DNA of 43,082 nt from Minisyncoccota bacterium (lineage in GTDB: Bacteria; Patescibacteriota; Minisyncoccia; Minisyncoccales; Minisyncoccaceae), in contig JAQUOX010000002.1 in NCBI GenBank assembly GCA_028716905.1, forward strand, positions 1 through 43,082, given 5' to 3'. Position 1 is the first letter of the stretch, and each line of letters opens with the position of its first letter. The notes below the pieces were generated by a model that worked only from the letters and a program-made list of their open reading frames with translations, was not told the origin of the DNA and made no database searches. The translations under genes and the position numbers were made by a program. This document shows positions 18,541-27,678 of this stretch, one piece after another.

Positions 18541-19467
18541 TTGAACTAAATCGCAGGGATTTTTAATTATAACTTGGTAACATTTTATATTTTTAGCTAT
18601 GAAATCGATAGTTCCTACGGGAAAAACGTCTTTTTCAATTTTATTTATTAGCTTATTATTATAAGTAATTATCCGACCAGAATCAGCTTTTTCAATAAAA
18701 TTCATTCTATCAAAATCCGGATAAAAAAACTTAAGCAGATGGGATGTTAGTGCAACCCTTATAGAGTTCTTAGAATTAATTGTATCTAATTTTTTACAGT
18801 TATTATTTTTGTCTTTACTAAAATAAACGAAAACAAAACAATCGAGTTTGTGGTGTTTTTTGATATTAAATATTTGTTGAGGCATTAAGAAAATTCCCGC
18901 TTTAGTTCTAATAGAAATTTTTTCTGAGATATTTATTTTGTGTTTTTTTTCTAAATGATTCCTGACCTCTGGTCTAATGTGCAAAGGAATGAATGGATAA
19001 GAAAAAATGTGCATCGTTTTAATATCTAAAAAACAAAACTCATCGCCAATTATCGTATTTGATATTAATGATAATTCTATAGCCGAAAGCGTCTTGCCGA
19101 CGCTTAAGCCGTCATCGGCAAAACAAAAAGCTTTATTATTGTATACTGAAGTAGAGCCATGGACTAAAAAAATATTGTTTTTCGCGGAATGTAAACCAAT
19201 AAATCTAAATAGTGCTTGCAGGACGCCCATTAAATTAAAATAATCGCGAGGGCTATCTGTTTTATCAACACCTATTGATAAATTTTTGCAATCTGATGAT
19301 ATTGTTATATAATTTTTATCGGCCTTTGCGATTCTTATATTTATTTGTGGCTTTGTTTGTTTTTCTTCGCAAACATCAAAATTATTAAAAGTTTCTATAA
19401 TTAAATTAAGGATGTCTTCTACCTCTGCCTTGATGGGAATGTTTGCTATTTTTATAAAAGTTTTCAT
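18520..19467 (-). CDS. Hypothetical protein with an HprK-related-kinase-like P-loop segment
   Basis: LVHGSTSVYNNKAFCFADDGLSVGKTLSAIEL resembles the lHa.av...g.a.ll.G.sG.GKSTl core of HPr-kinase-related proteins. The loop is one residue shorter than canonical. The CDS call is firmer than the function. Confidence 0.5.
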   Translation of the reverse strand: MKTFIKIANIPIKAEVEDILNLIIETFNNFDVCEEKQTKPQINIRIAKADKNYITISSDCKNLSIGVDKTDSPRDYFNLMGVLQALFRFIGLHSAKNNIFLVHGSTSVYNNKAFCFADDGLSVGKTLSAIELSLISNTIIGDEFCFLDIKTMHIFSYPFIPLHIRPEVRNHLEKKHKINISEKISIRTKAGIFLMPQQIFNIKKHHKLDCFVFVYFSKDKNNNCKKLDTINSKNSIRVALTSHLLKFFYPDFDRMNFIEKADSGRIITYNNKLINKIEKDVFPVGTIDFIAKNIKCYQVIIKNPCDLVQSLNCIK

Positions 19468-19582
19468 GAAGCTTTTTCATATTAAACCATTTTATTTAAA
19501 AATAGTCAAAGCCACAACTAAAAACGTAAAGTCAAAAAACCTAATTGAAAAGCAATTAGCCTCAAAGCCCCAAACGATGCAA

Positions 19583-19882
19583 CTACGGAATAGAGATTCT
19601 AAAACGAAAGATTTGGGTTGAATCAGAAATAATTATTGTTTTAGAGTCCCTGTTATCGGTTTCAATGGTCAAGCTCTGGCCGATTTTATCGGTGACTGTT
19701 CCTGATAAAATTATTATGTCCCCAGCGGCAACATCTCCTCTGTTGTTTGGTTTTTGCTTGTCAACTAGAGGATATTGCTGGCCCTTTGCCGAACTACCTT
19801 CTTTGCCTCCGGGAATCCGGCAGGCCTCGATTATTTCATTATTATAAAACATGCCCGAAAATAAAACAATCAACTTTTGCAT
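19583..19882 (-). CDS. Hypothetical 99-aa protein (weak call)
   Basis: Supported by the open frame only. It sits at the island boundary and has no recognisable motif or RBS. Confidence 0.25.
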   Translation of the reverse strand: MQKLIVLFSGMFYNNEIIEACRIPGGKEGSSAKGQQYPLVDKQKPNNRGDVAAGDIIILSGTVTDKIGQSLTIETDNRDSKTIIISDSTQIFRFRISIP

Positions 19883-19914
19883 TATTTCGAATTATGCCTT
19901 ATAATACCTTTATC

Positions 19915-20424
19915 ATGACCGCGCTAAACAAAATCAAGCTTTCTTTCGCTTCCTTAACGGGACTTTTCTTTGCTTCCGTGGCTCAGGCCGTCTGCCCGGT
20001 TTGCATTGCCGGAGTGACAGCCGGGGTCGGACTGGCCAGGTGGTTGAAAATAGACGACACCATTACCGGCCTTTGGATCGGCGGACTAACCGTCGCTTTA
20101 ATCACCTGGACCATAGACTGGCTCAACAAAAGAAACATTTCCTTTCCGGCACGAAATCTGTTGATTATCATCGCTTATTACGCCCTGGTTATCTGGCCCC
20201 TCCGGTCGATTGAAGTTATCGGGCACCAATACCACAAAATCTGGGGAATGGACAAGCTGATTCTCACCATTTTTATCGGCAGTATTGCTTTTTACTTGTT
20301 TGAAAAATGGTATCGGGTATCAAGAGAAAAAAGGGGCAAATCCCTTTTCCGCTATCAAAAAGTCGTCTGGCCTTTGATTCCCTTAACGGTTCTTTCCATA
20401 GTTTTTTATTTCCTGACCAGATAA
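19915..20424 (+). CDS. Membrane protein with an N-terminal signal/TM segment and a CPVC motif
   Basis: MTALNKIKLSFASLTGLFFASVAQAVCPVCIAG, then four TM helices. An alternative ATG lies at 19894. The track's 19747 start overlaps the opposite-strand ORF. Confidence 0.6.
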   Translation: MTALNKIKLSFASLTGLFFASVAQAVCPVCIAGVTAGVGLARWLKIDDTITGLWIGGLTVALITWTIDWLNKRNISFPARNLLIIIAYYALVIWPLRSIEVIGHQYHKIWGMDKLILTIFIGSIAFYLFEKWYRVSREKRGKSLFRYQKVVWPLIPLTVLSIVFYFLTR

Positions 20425-22221
20425 TTACTTGTTCCGCTTTCTTTTCTGCCTCGTTCTTTCTATCTCGCTCAAATATTGCTTTCTCAGTCTTACGCTATTC
20501 GGCGTTATTTCCAGATACTCGTCTTCGTTCATAATGCTTAATCCCCTTTCTATGGTAACCAGCAAGGGGGGTATCAGCTTTATGGCCTCGTCAGAGCCCG
20601 ATGCCCTCATGTTGGACAATTCTTTTCCCTTGGTCGGATTGACGTTCAAATCATTCCCTTTGGAAACATTGCCGATAACCATTCCTTCGTAAACTTCATC
20701 GGCATGGCCGACATATAAAACCCCTCTTTCCTGCAATCCCCAAAGAGAAAATCCCGAGGCCTTGCCCGTAACCATGGAAACCATTGAGCCAACCGATCTT
20801 TTTTCAATTTCTCCGGCATGGGACCTGAAGCCGATTACCCGGCTGGCCAAAATGCCTTCGCCACGGGTATCAATGACAAAATCGGGCTTGTATCCCAGCA
20901 GTCCTCTGGTCGGCATCTCAAAAACCAGCCTGACGTGCCCTTGCTCCGGCCTCATCTCGGTCATGGCCCCCTTTCTTTTGGAAAGCTTCTCAATGATTAT
21001 GCCGGACATATCCTCGGGAACGTCGATAATCACTTCTTCAAACGGCTCCGATTTTTGGCCGTTCTCTTCTTTGATAATCACCTGGGGCTGGGAAACCTGC
21101 AATTCATATCCTTCCCTTCTCATTTTTTCCAAAAGTATGGCTATGTGCAATTCTCCCCTTCCAAAAACCTTGTAATGGTCGGTTGAAGAAAAATCAATCT
21201 TCAGCCCGACGTTGATTTCCAGTTCTTTTTCCAGTCTTTCTTTTAATTGGCTGTTGGTTACGAATTTGCCGTCTCTCCCGGAAAAAGGAGAATTGTTAAC
21301 CAAGAAGTTCAGGGAAATGGTCGGCTCGTCTATTTTGATGACCGGCAGAGCCTCTTCCTCGGGATTGGCGCAGATGGTTTCCCCGATGAAAATATCGGAG
21401 ATTCCGGCAATCATGACCACGTCTCCGGCTCCGGCTTCCTCAACTTCCCTTCTATCCAGTCCGTAAAAAGTGAACATCTTGACGATTTTCGCTTTTCTGG
21501 TTTCGTCCTTGACTCCTTTAACGTAAACCTCATCGCCTCTTTTAATCGTTCCTTCATATATTCTGCAAACGGCCAATCGTCCCAGAAAATTATCGTAAGC
21601 AAGATTAAAGGGCTGGGCCCTCAAAGGATTATTCACCAGTTCTTCCGAAGACGCCGGAGGAACTTTTTCCAGGATTAAATCAAGCAGGGGAGTCAGGTCT
21701 TTTGACTTGTCGGCCATATTTCTTTTGGCCGTGCCGTCTCGGCCGTTGGCGTAAATAACGGCGAAGTCAAGCTGTTCGTCATCGGCGCCCAGATCAAGGA
21801 ACAATTCAAAAACCATATCCTTCACTTCTTCCGGCCTGGCCGCGGACTTGTCTATCTTGTTAATCACGACGATGGGCTTTAACCCCAACTCCAAGGACTT
21901 CTTGAGAACGAATTTTGTCTGGGGCATGGGGCCTTCCTGGGCGTCAACGACCAAGAGGACGGAATCGATTGAGCGCAAAACCCGCTCCACTTCGGAACTG
22001 AAATCGGCGTGGCCGGGAGTGTCCACGATATTGATTTTCGTATCCCGGTAAAAGATTGAGGCGTTCTTTGAATAAATGGTAATCCCCCTTTCTTTTTCCA
22101 GCTCGTTGGTGTCCATCGTAAACCCCTCTTCGGCCATTCCCGTCTGCCTCATCAAGGCGTCGGTCAAAGTAGTTTTGCCGTGGTCTACGTGGGCGATGAT
22201 GGCAATGTTTCTAATCTCCAT
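20425..22221 (-). CDS. typA: Translational GTPase TypA/BipA
   Basis: IRNIAIIAHVDHGKTTL, DTPGHADF and NKID G-motifs. The length and C-terminal domain are typical of BipA. Confidence 0.93.
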   Translation of the reverse strand: MEIRNIAIIAHVDHGKTTLTDALMRQTGMAEEGFTMDTNELEKERGITIYSKNASIFYRDTKINIVDTPGHADFSSEVERVLRSIDSVLLVVDAQEGPMPQTKFVLKKSLELGLKPIVVINKIDKSAARPEEVKDMVFELFLDLGADDEQLDFAVIYANGRDGTAKRNMADKSKDLTPLLDLILEKVPPASSEELVNNPLRAQPFNLAYDNFLGRLAVCRIYEGTIKRGDEVYVKGVKDETRKAKIVKMFTFYGLDRREVEEAGAGDVVMIAGISDIFIGETICANPEEEALPVIKIDEPTISLNFLVNNSPFSGRDGKFVTNSQLKERLEKELEINVGLKIDFSSTDHYKVFGRGELHIAILLEKMRREGYELQVSQPQVIIKEENGQKSEPFEEVIIDVPEDMSGIIIEKLSKRKGAMTEMRPEQGHVRLVFEMPTRGLLGYKPDFVIDTRGEGILASRVIGFRSHAGEIEKRSVGSMVSMVTGKASGFSLWGLQERGVLYVGHADEVYEGMVIGNVSKGNDLNVNPTKGKELSNMRASGSDEAIKLIPPLLVTIERGLSIMNEDEYLEITPNSVRLRKQYLSEIERTRQKRKRNK

Positions 22222-22313
22222 AATTTAAAAAATCCTGCCGAGAAGGCAGAAAGCTTCTTTCGATGTATCTGGAATATATAATAAAAAAAGAAGTTTGTCA
22301 AAAAATATTCCCC

Positions 22314-23501
22314 CTAAACAAAGGTAATCGCCTCTCCTTTCTTTCTCCCCCTGCCGGTTCTGCCTATTCTGTGAACGTAGTCGTCATAAGTGGCCGGGAG
22401 GTCGTAATTGATAACATGGCTGATGTTGTCAATGTCCAGGCCCCTGGCCGCCACGTCGGTAGCCACCAATATCCTTCCCTGGCCTCCTTTAAAAAAGTCG
22501 ATGGCTTTTTTCCTTTTGATTTGGGTTTTGTCGCCGTGGATTGATTCCGCCCTGAATCCTTTCCGAGCCAGGTCTTTGGACAACTTCTCCACCCCGTGCC
22601 TTGTTCTTCCGAAAATAAGAGTTTTGTTGAAATCTTTTCGGCCAAGCATTTCGCATAAAGTTTCCAGTTTTTTGCCTCCTTCGCCCGCTCTGACTATGTC
22701 CTGGTTGACGTTGGCGGAAGCTTCTCTGGTTTTAACGGAAATCTTAACGGGCTCTTTCAAGAATTTTCCGGCCAGGGCTTCTATTTCATTGGGAATGGTT
22801 GCCGAAAAAAGCAAAATCTGCTTCTGGGCCGGCATCTGCTCCATTAAATATTTTACGTCGGCGATGAATCCCATATCAAGCATCCTGTCCGCCTCGTCCA
22901 AAACAACCGTTTTGAAGCGTGCCATGTTCAATGCTTTTCTCTGAACCATGTCTTTGATTCTGCCGGGAGTGCCGATAACGAAATCATTGTTTTTCTTCAA
23001 GCTGCGGAATTGCAAGCCGACGCTTGTTCCGCCGATGCAGACAACGGAATACAAATTCAGACCAGCGGCAAATTCCCGGAATTCTTTTTCAATCTGAAGG
23101 GCCAGCTCCCTGGTGGGGACGATGATTATCGTCTTGTTTTCCCTGCTTAAAAGAGATTTATTGATTAAGGGAATTAAAAAAGCCGCTGTTTTTCCCGTGC
23201 CGGTGTTGGCCATCCCGACCACGTCTTTTCCTTCTAAGACCAAGGGGATGATTTTATCCTGAATCGGAGTCGGGTCCTCATATCCCTTGCGATTGATGTT
23301 GTTTTTTAATCTTGCTTCTATCTTAAAATCGGCGAAATGGTGAATTGGCCGGTAAGCAATTTCTTCCTCGTCAAGAGTGCTTTTTTGAACAAATCTGGAG
23401 ACGTCTATTTTTTTGGCCGAAAAACCGCTCTTCCTTTTGGGAAAGCTGCTCTTTCTAAAAGCCGGACGCGTTCCGAATCTGTTGAATCTTCTGTTTTGCA
23501 T
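22314..23501 (-). CDS. DEAD-box ATP-dependent RNA helicase
   Basis: Q-motif PTPIQ, AxTGTGKT (ANTGTGKTAAF), DEAD (VLDEADRM), SAT and HRIGRTGR motifs. The N-terminal tail is basic. Confidence 0.9.
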   Translation of the reverse strand: MQNRRFNRFGTRPAFRKSSFPKRKSGFSAKKIDVSRFVQKSTLDEEEIAYRPIHHFADFKIEARLKNNINRKGYEDPTPIQDKIIPLVLEGKDVVGMANTGTGKTAAFLIPLINKSLLSRENKTIIIVPTRELALQIEKEFREFAAGLNLYSVVCIGGTSVGLQFRSLKKNNDFVIGTPGRIKDMVQRKALNMARFKTVVLDEADRMLDMGFIADVKYLMEQMPAQKQILLFSATIPNEIEALAGKFLKEPVKISVKTREASANVNQDIVRAGEGGKKLETLCEMLGRKDFNKTLIFGRTRHGVEKLSKDLARKGFRAESIHGDKTQIKRKKAIDFFKGGQGRILVATDVAARGLDIDNISHVINYDLPATYDDYVHRIGRTGRGRKKGEAITFV

Positions 23502-23511
23502 ATTTTTTAAT

Positions 23512-23546
23512 AAAAAAAGCGGGGTCCCTTAATACAGAGACTCCGC
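23512..23546 (-). terminator. Probable intrinsic terminator after the 23643..23912 gene
   Basis: Minus strand: gcggagtc...gaccccgc stem (one G-T pair) followed by TTTTTTT. Confidence 0.5.
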
Positions 23547-23642
23547 CCTTAGTGTCTCAATATCTTTTGTACGTTATGACTATATTACATTTTCCGTAAA
23601 TTGTCAATAGCGAAAATCAGGCAATAATGGTAATTTTTTTAT

Positions 23643-23912
23643 TTAAGCTTTGTCTTCCTCCAAAGACCTTTCCAGGTAAAAAAGAACGAGGCCGACGACA
23701 ACGGTGATAATAAGCGCGTACAGCAACTTGGCGATTATCGTATTGCCGGTATCGGGAACGAAATAGTCAATAAGCCCCCTAATGGCTTCGTTCCAGGCAA
23801 GTCCGGCAACCAGACCGAATCCGGCGGCGATGTACGAAAACATCTTTCTCTGTATCGCTTTACGCGTCTTTTGCAGGGTGTTCGCTTTTGTCTTGGAAAG
23901 TAAATTGTTCAT
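23643..23912 (-). CDS. Small two-TM membrane protein, DUF5654-like
   Basis: FGLVAGLAWNEAIRGLIDYF followed by a second TM helix. The family assignment is from memory only. Confidence 0.55.
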   Translation of the reverse strand: MNNLLSKTKANTLQKTRKAIQRKMFSYIAAGFGLVAGLAWNEAIRGLIDYFVPDTGNTIIAKLLYALIITVVVGLVLFYLERSLEEDKA

Positions 23913-23960
23913 ATAATGTATTATATAACTTATCTTAAAAATAGCAAATCCGCCTCCCCA

Positions 23961-23986
23961 AAAGAAAAAAGGACGATTCGTCCTCT
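23961..23986 (-). terminator. Probable intrinsic terminator after the 23991..24842 gene
   Basis: Minus strand: aggacg-aat-cgtcct hairpin followed by TTTTTT. Confidence 0.45.
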
Positions 23987-23990
23987 TTGA

Positions 23991-24842
23991 TTAACGGTTC
24001 TCCAGCATTTGGGGAGCTCCCCTATACTTGATAACGTTTACTGTCGTGGCGCGTCCCTGCCTTACAAGAAACTCCTTCAAGCTTTCCAGGTCCATGTACT
24101 CGCCATCAGGCATTAGCTTGACTGCTTCGTTGTCAATCCATATTTTTACGGTAGACAGGGGCAGCTTCAAGTCCTGGGCAATGTCGCTGGGCAGACAGCC
24201 CTTTTCCCCTCTTACTCTGACAGAAACGGTCCTTATGATACCGCTCTCCTGGCCGGTTCGGTCGGGAGGCGCCGAGGGAGGACCTTTTTCTTCATCCTTG
24301 TTTTGGTCCGGGTCTTTTTCTCCTTCTTTTGGGGGTTCGGAGTCTGCGGGCTTTCCCTGAACTTCAGGATCAGAGCTGAAACTGATGTCAGGAACAACGC
24401 CATCCCCTCCTTGGGGTTCGGGGGGATTCAGGAGTTGAGAAATCTTTTCAAGCTCTTCGGGATTAATCAGCCATCCTCGGCCGACCCTTTTTGCCGACAG
24501 TTCCTGCGACGCAATCACGCCGACGACATCTTCAAGAGGGCGGTTTAGTCGCTTCGCCACTTCTCTTCCGGTTAACCAGCCGGTCGGAAAACGGGAGCTT
24601 TGCTTTTTTGGTTTCTTCTCTTCGGAAGGCGTTCCCGAAAGCGAAGCCGCAACCCGACCCACCGTGGCCAAGTATTCCGCCAGGTCTTTTAAATAGACCA
24701 CGTATCCCTTGTTAGGGCTTTTGGCCACTGATTCTGACAATCCGATAATCAGGGGCTCTATGTCACAGCCGGTTTCTTTCTTAATTTCTTCCGCGGACAT
24801 CCATTGGTTCAGGTTTTTTCCAGACAATTTCACGATAACCAC
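23991..24842 (-). CDS. Hypothetical protein with three HTH-like modules and an acidic/proline-rich linker
   Basis: Three similar segments (WMSAEEIKKETGCDIEP..., WLTGREVAKRLNRPLEDV...GRGWLINPEELEKI, LPSDIAQDLKLPLSTVKIWID...) resemble excisionase/MerR-type HTH modules. A promoter lies upstream. Confidence 0.55.
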   Translation of the reverse strand: MVIVKLSGKNLNQWMSAEEIKKETGCDIEPLIIGLSESVAKSPNKGYVVYLKDLAEYLATVGRVAASLSGTPSEEKKPKKQSSRFPTGWLTGREVAKRLNRPLEDVVGVIASQELSAKRVGRGWLINPEELEKISQLLNPPEPQGGDGVVPDISFSSDPEVQGKPADSEPPKEGEKDPDQNKDEEKGPPSAPPDRTGQESGIIRTVSVRVRGEKGCLPSDIAQDLKLPLSTVKIWIDNEAVKLMPDGEYMDLESLKEFLVRQGRATTVNVIKYRGAPQMLENR

Positions 24843-24900
24843 TCTTCTTTTTGTTTAAAATGCTGTTTTTACCGACAACCGCTCAAGGCGATTTATCTAA

Positions 24901-24929
24901 GATATAGAACATTAATTGGCGCTTGTCAA
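24901..24929 (-). promoter_or_regulatory. Candidate sigma70-type promoter
   Basis: Minus strand: TTGACA, 17 nt, TATATC, about 55 nt upstream of the ATG at 24842. Confidence 0.45.
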
Positions 24930-25024
24930 CCAGACAACGACATTTACTTTTTAAATTGCAAAAAACCCAAAAGGTCTTTTTTGTTCTTCTTAAAAGAGTG
25001 TGGATTTATATAACTATCAAAAAG

Positions 25025-27670
25025 TTATAGCCCTTTTCGTTTGATGAATAGCTGATTTTTTATCTTCTCCAAAATCACCGCCTCTATAGCAACACAAAGA
25101 ATCACAAAAATCCAGTCAAAAAAATTCAAAGGAGTGGTATGTAAAAATTTCTGGAAAATCGGATTATAAATCCCCAAAACCAATAAAAACAAGCTGAATA
25201 TAACAGCCGCATTCAAATACCAGTTGGAAAAAATATCTTTTCTTAGGGTTCTGCGCCTTAAAGAGCGGTGGGTAAAAGCTAAAAAGAAAGTTTCTATTGC
25301 GGTAACGGTTAAAAGAAAGGTCCTTGCTCTTTCCAAGGAAAAACCAAATTTTAAATAAAACAAAAAGAAAAGAAGCTCCACCGCAATCGTAATAAAGCCG
25401 ATGGAAAACATCCAAATTCTGGTTGAGGGATTTAAGACGTCTTCCTCTAACGGCCGCGGTTTTTCAAATAAAACTTCCTTCTCCTTCTTTTCCAAGGTTA
25501 AGGCAATCGCCGGTAAGGTGTCTTCAACAACATTTATCCAAAGGATTTGAGTGGGCAAAAGAGGCAAAGGAAAACCGAATAAGACGCTGACTAAAACGAA
25601 ACCCAGCTCCGTAAAATCATTGGACACAAGATAAACGGTAGCGTTTCTAATTTTATCAAAGATGCCCCTTCCCTCTTCAATCGCACTTATAATCGTTGAA
25701 AAGTTGTCGTCCAACAGAACCAAGTCCGACGCTTCTTTGGCCAAATCGGTTCCCGAACCAAGGGCCAGCCCCACATCGGCCCTTCTCAGGGCCGGTGCGT
25801 CATTGATTCCGTCGCCGGTCATTGCCACCACCCACCCTTTTTCCTGCCAACTGTTAACGATTCTTAATTTATGTTGTGGGTCAATTCTGGCAAAAACGTT
25901 TATTTTCTCTATCTTTTCCGAAAGCTCTTTATCGCTTAACTTTTCCAGTTCTCCGGCTTCAATAATGTTTTCTTTCTTGACCGGCAGGCCTAATTCCTCG
26001 GCAATGGCCTTGGTTGTTAATAAATGGTCTCCGCTGACAATAACCGGCTTAATTCCCATTTTCTGGCAAACTTCCATTGTTTTTTTCGCCTCTTTTCTCA
26101 AAGAATCTTTTAAAACCAAAATGCCGACAAAAACCAAATTTTCCATTAATTCTTCCATGTTTTTCCCCTCTTCCGGTTTTTGAATTTTCTTATACCCCAG
26201 CCCCAAAACTCGAAAACCTTTTCCCGATAAATCTTCCAGTTTTCGATAAATCAAACTCGTCTTGCTTTTGTCCAGGCCCTCTTCGTCTTTTCCAACCCTT
26301 AAACGTCCCGAAAACTCCAAAATTCTTTCCGGAGCGCCGACAGTATAAAGAATCTTTTCTTTCTTTTTGTCTTTATATAAAACGGCGTGATATTTTCTTG
26401 TTGAGGTAAAAGGCAAATCTTCAATTTTTACCGCTTCTTTTCTTAACCGTTCTACGTTGATTCCCGATTCAATAGCCGACAAAAGCAGGGCTTTATCCGT
26501 CGGTTCGCCTCGAATTTTCCATTTTTCAATCACCTCTTCGGGATTCTCAATAAAAGCTTCGCTGACCAAAGCGGCGATTTCCAGGGCAAAATTGTAATTT
26601 TTTGGGGGTTTTCTTAGAAATTCTTCGCCGGTCAAAATTTTAGCCATCATCATTTTTCCTTCCGTCAGGGTGGCGGTTTTGTCGCTTAAAATTATTTGGA
26701 CGCTTCCCAGCGTTTCCAGGGTTGATAGCTTTCTTACCAGCCCCTTTTTACGTAAAATTCTTTTCATCCCAATAATTAAAATGATGGTGACGGCCGGCAA
26801 CAAGCCTTCGGGAATAGCTGAAACTCCGGTGGCAATAACGAGTATTAAAAGGTCGCTCCCGGGAATTTTTCTTAAAACTCCGGAAACAAATATTAAAACC
26901 AGTAAAAGAAAAACAAAAAGCCCGTAATGTTTTGAAAATCCCGCCAGCCTTTCTTCCAGAGAGGTTTTTCCCTCTTTTTCTTCCTCCAAAGAAAGGGAAA
27001 TTTTCCCCATCTCGGTTTCTTTGCCGATGGCCGTAATAACGGCCCTGCCTGTTCCGTTTTCAACCATCGTTCCCATATAAACCATGTTTTCTCTGTCGGC
27101 CAAAACCGTGTCATTAGATAATTGTTCGTTCCGTTTTTTTGAAGGCAGCCATTCGCCGGTCAGGGTCATTTCGTTAACCTCCAGTCCCTGGGCCTCAATC
27201 AGCCTTCCGTCTGCCGGCACCTTGTCTCCTGCTTTTAAAAGAACTATGTCTCCCCGAACCAGCTCCTCGCTGTTAATTTCCATTTTTCTTCCTTCTCTGA
27301 CCACAGTGGCTTTTATTTTTACGATTTTTTTTAATTCCTCCATGGTTCTGGAAACCTTTCTTTCTTGGAAATAAGCGGTTGCACCGGTGATTAAAACCAC
27401 CAGTAATATGAAAATGGCGTCAAAAATCTTATTTAAAAACAAAGACAGAATTGATGCAAAAAAAATAAGATAAATTAAAGGATTTTTAAATTGTCTCAAG
27501 AACAAGAAAATTTCCGGGGTTTTCTTTTTTTCCGCGATTAGATTCTTGCCGTATTTTTTCTGCCGGAAATTAACTTCTTTTTCTTTTAAGCCGAAATCCG
27601 TGTCCGATTTTAATAGTTTTACCGACTCTTCCCGGGCAATATTGTACCAACTTGTCTTTTCCTTTGTCAT
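25025..27670 (-). CDS. P-type cation-transporting ATPase (P2/Ca-ATPase-like)
   Basis: Phosphorylation loop SDKTATLTEG, hinge TGDGINDAPALRRADVG, VSGDH, and about 10 TM helices. I chose the ATG at 27670 (MTKEKTSWYN). The track start at 27679 is a TTG. Confidence 0.9.
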   Translation of the reverse strand: MTKEKTSWYNIAREESVKLLKSDTDFGLKEKEVNFRQKKYGKNLIAEKKKTPEIFLFLRQFKNPLIYLIFFASILSLFLNKIFDAIFILLVVLITGATAYFQERKVSRTMEELKKIVKIKATVVREGRKMEINSEELVRGDIVLLKAGDKVPADGRLIEAQGLEVNEMTLTGEWLPSKKRNEQLSNDTVLADRENMVYMGTMVENGTGRAVITAIGKETEMGKISLSLEEEKEGKTSLEERLAGFSKHYGLFVFLLLVLIFVSGVLRKIPGSDLLILVIATGVSAIPEGLLPAVTIILIIGMKRILRKKGLVRKLSTLETLGSVQIILSDKTATLTEGKMMMAKILTGEEFLRKPPKNYNFALEIAALVSEAFIENPEEVIEKWKIRGEPTDKALLLSAIESGINVERLRKEAVKIEDLPFTSTRKYHAVLYKDKKKEKILYTVGAPERILEFSGRLRVGKDEEGLDKSKTSLIYRKLEDLSGKGFRVLGLGYKKIQKPEEGKNMEELMENLVFVGILVLKDSLRKEAKKTMEVCQKMGIKPVIVSGDHLLTTKAIAEELGLPVKKENIIEAGELEKLSDKELSEKIEKINVFARIDPQHKLRIVNSWQEKGWVVAMTGDGINDAPALRRADVGLALGSGTDLAKEASDLVLLDDNFSTIISAIEEGRGIFDKIRNATVYLVSNDFTELGFVLVSVLFGFPLPLLPTQILWINVVEDTLPAIALTLEKKEKEVLFEKPRPLEEDVLNPSTRIWMFSIGFITIAVELLFFLFYLKFGFSLERARTFLLTVTAIETFFLAFTHRSLRRRTLRKDIFSNWYLNAAVIFSLFLLVLGIYNPIFQKFLHTTPLNFFDWIFVILCVAIEAVILEKIKNQLFIKRKGL

Positions 27671-27678
27671 TGTTTTCA

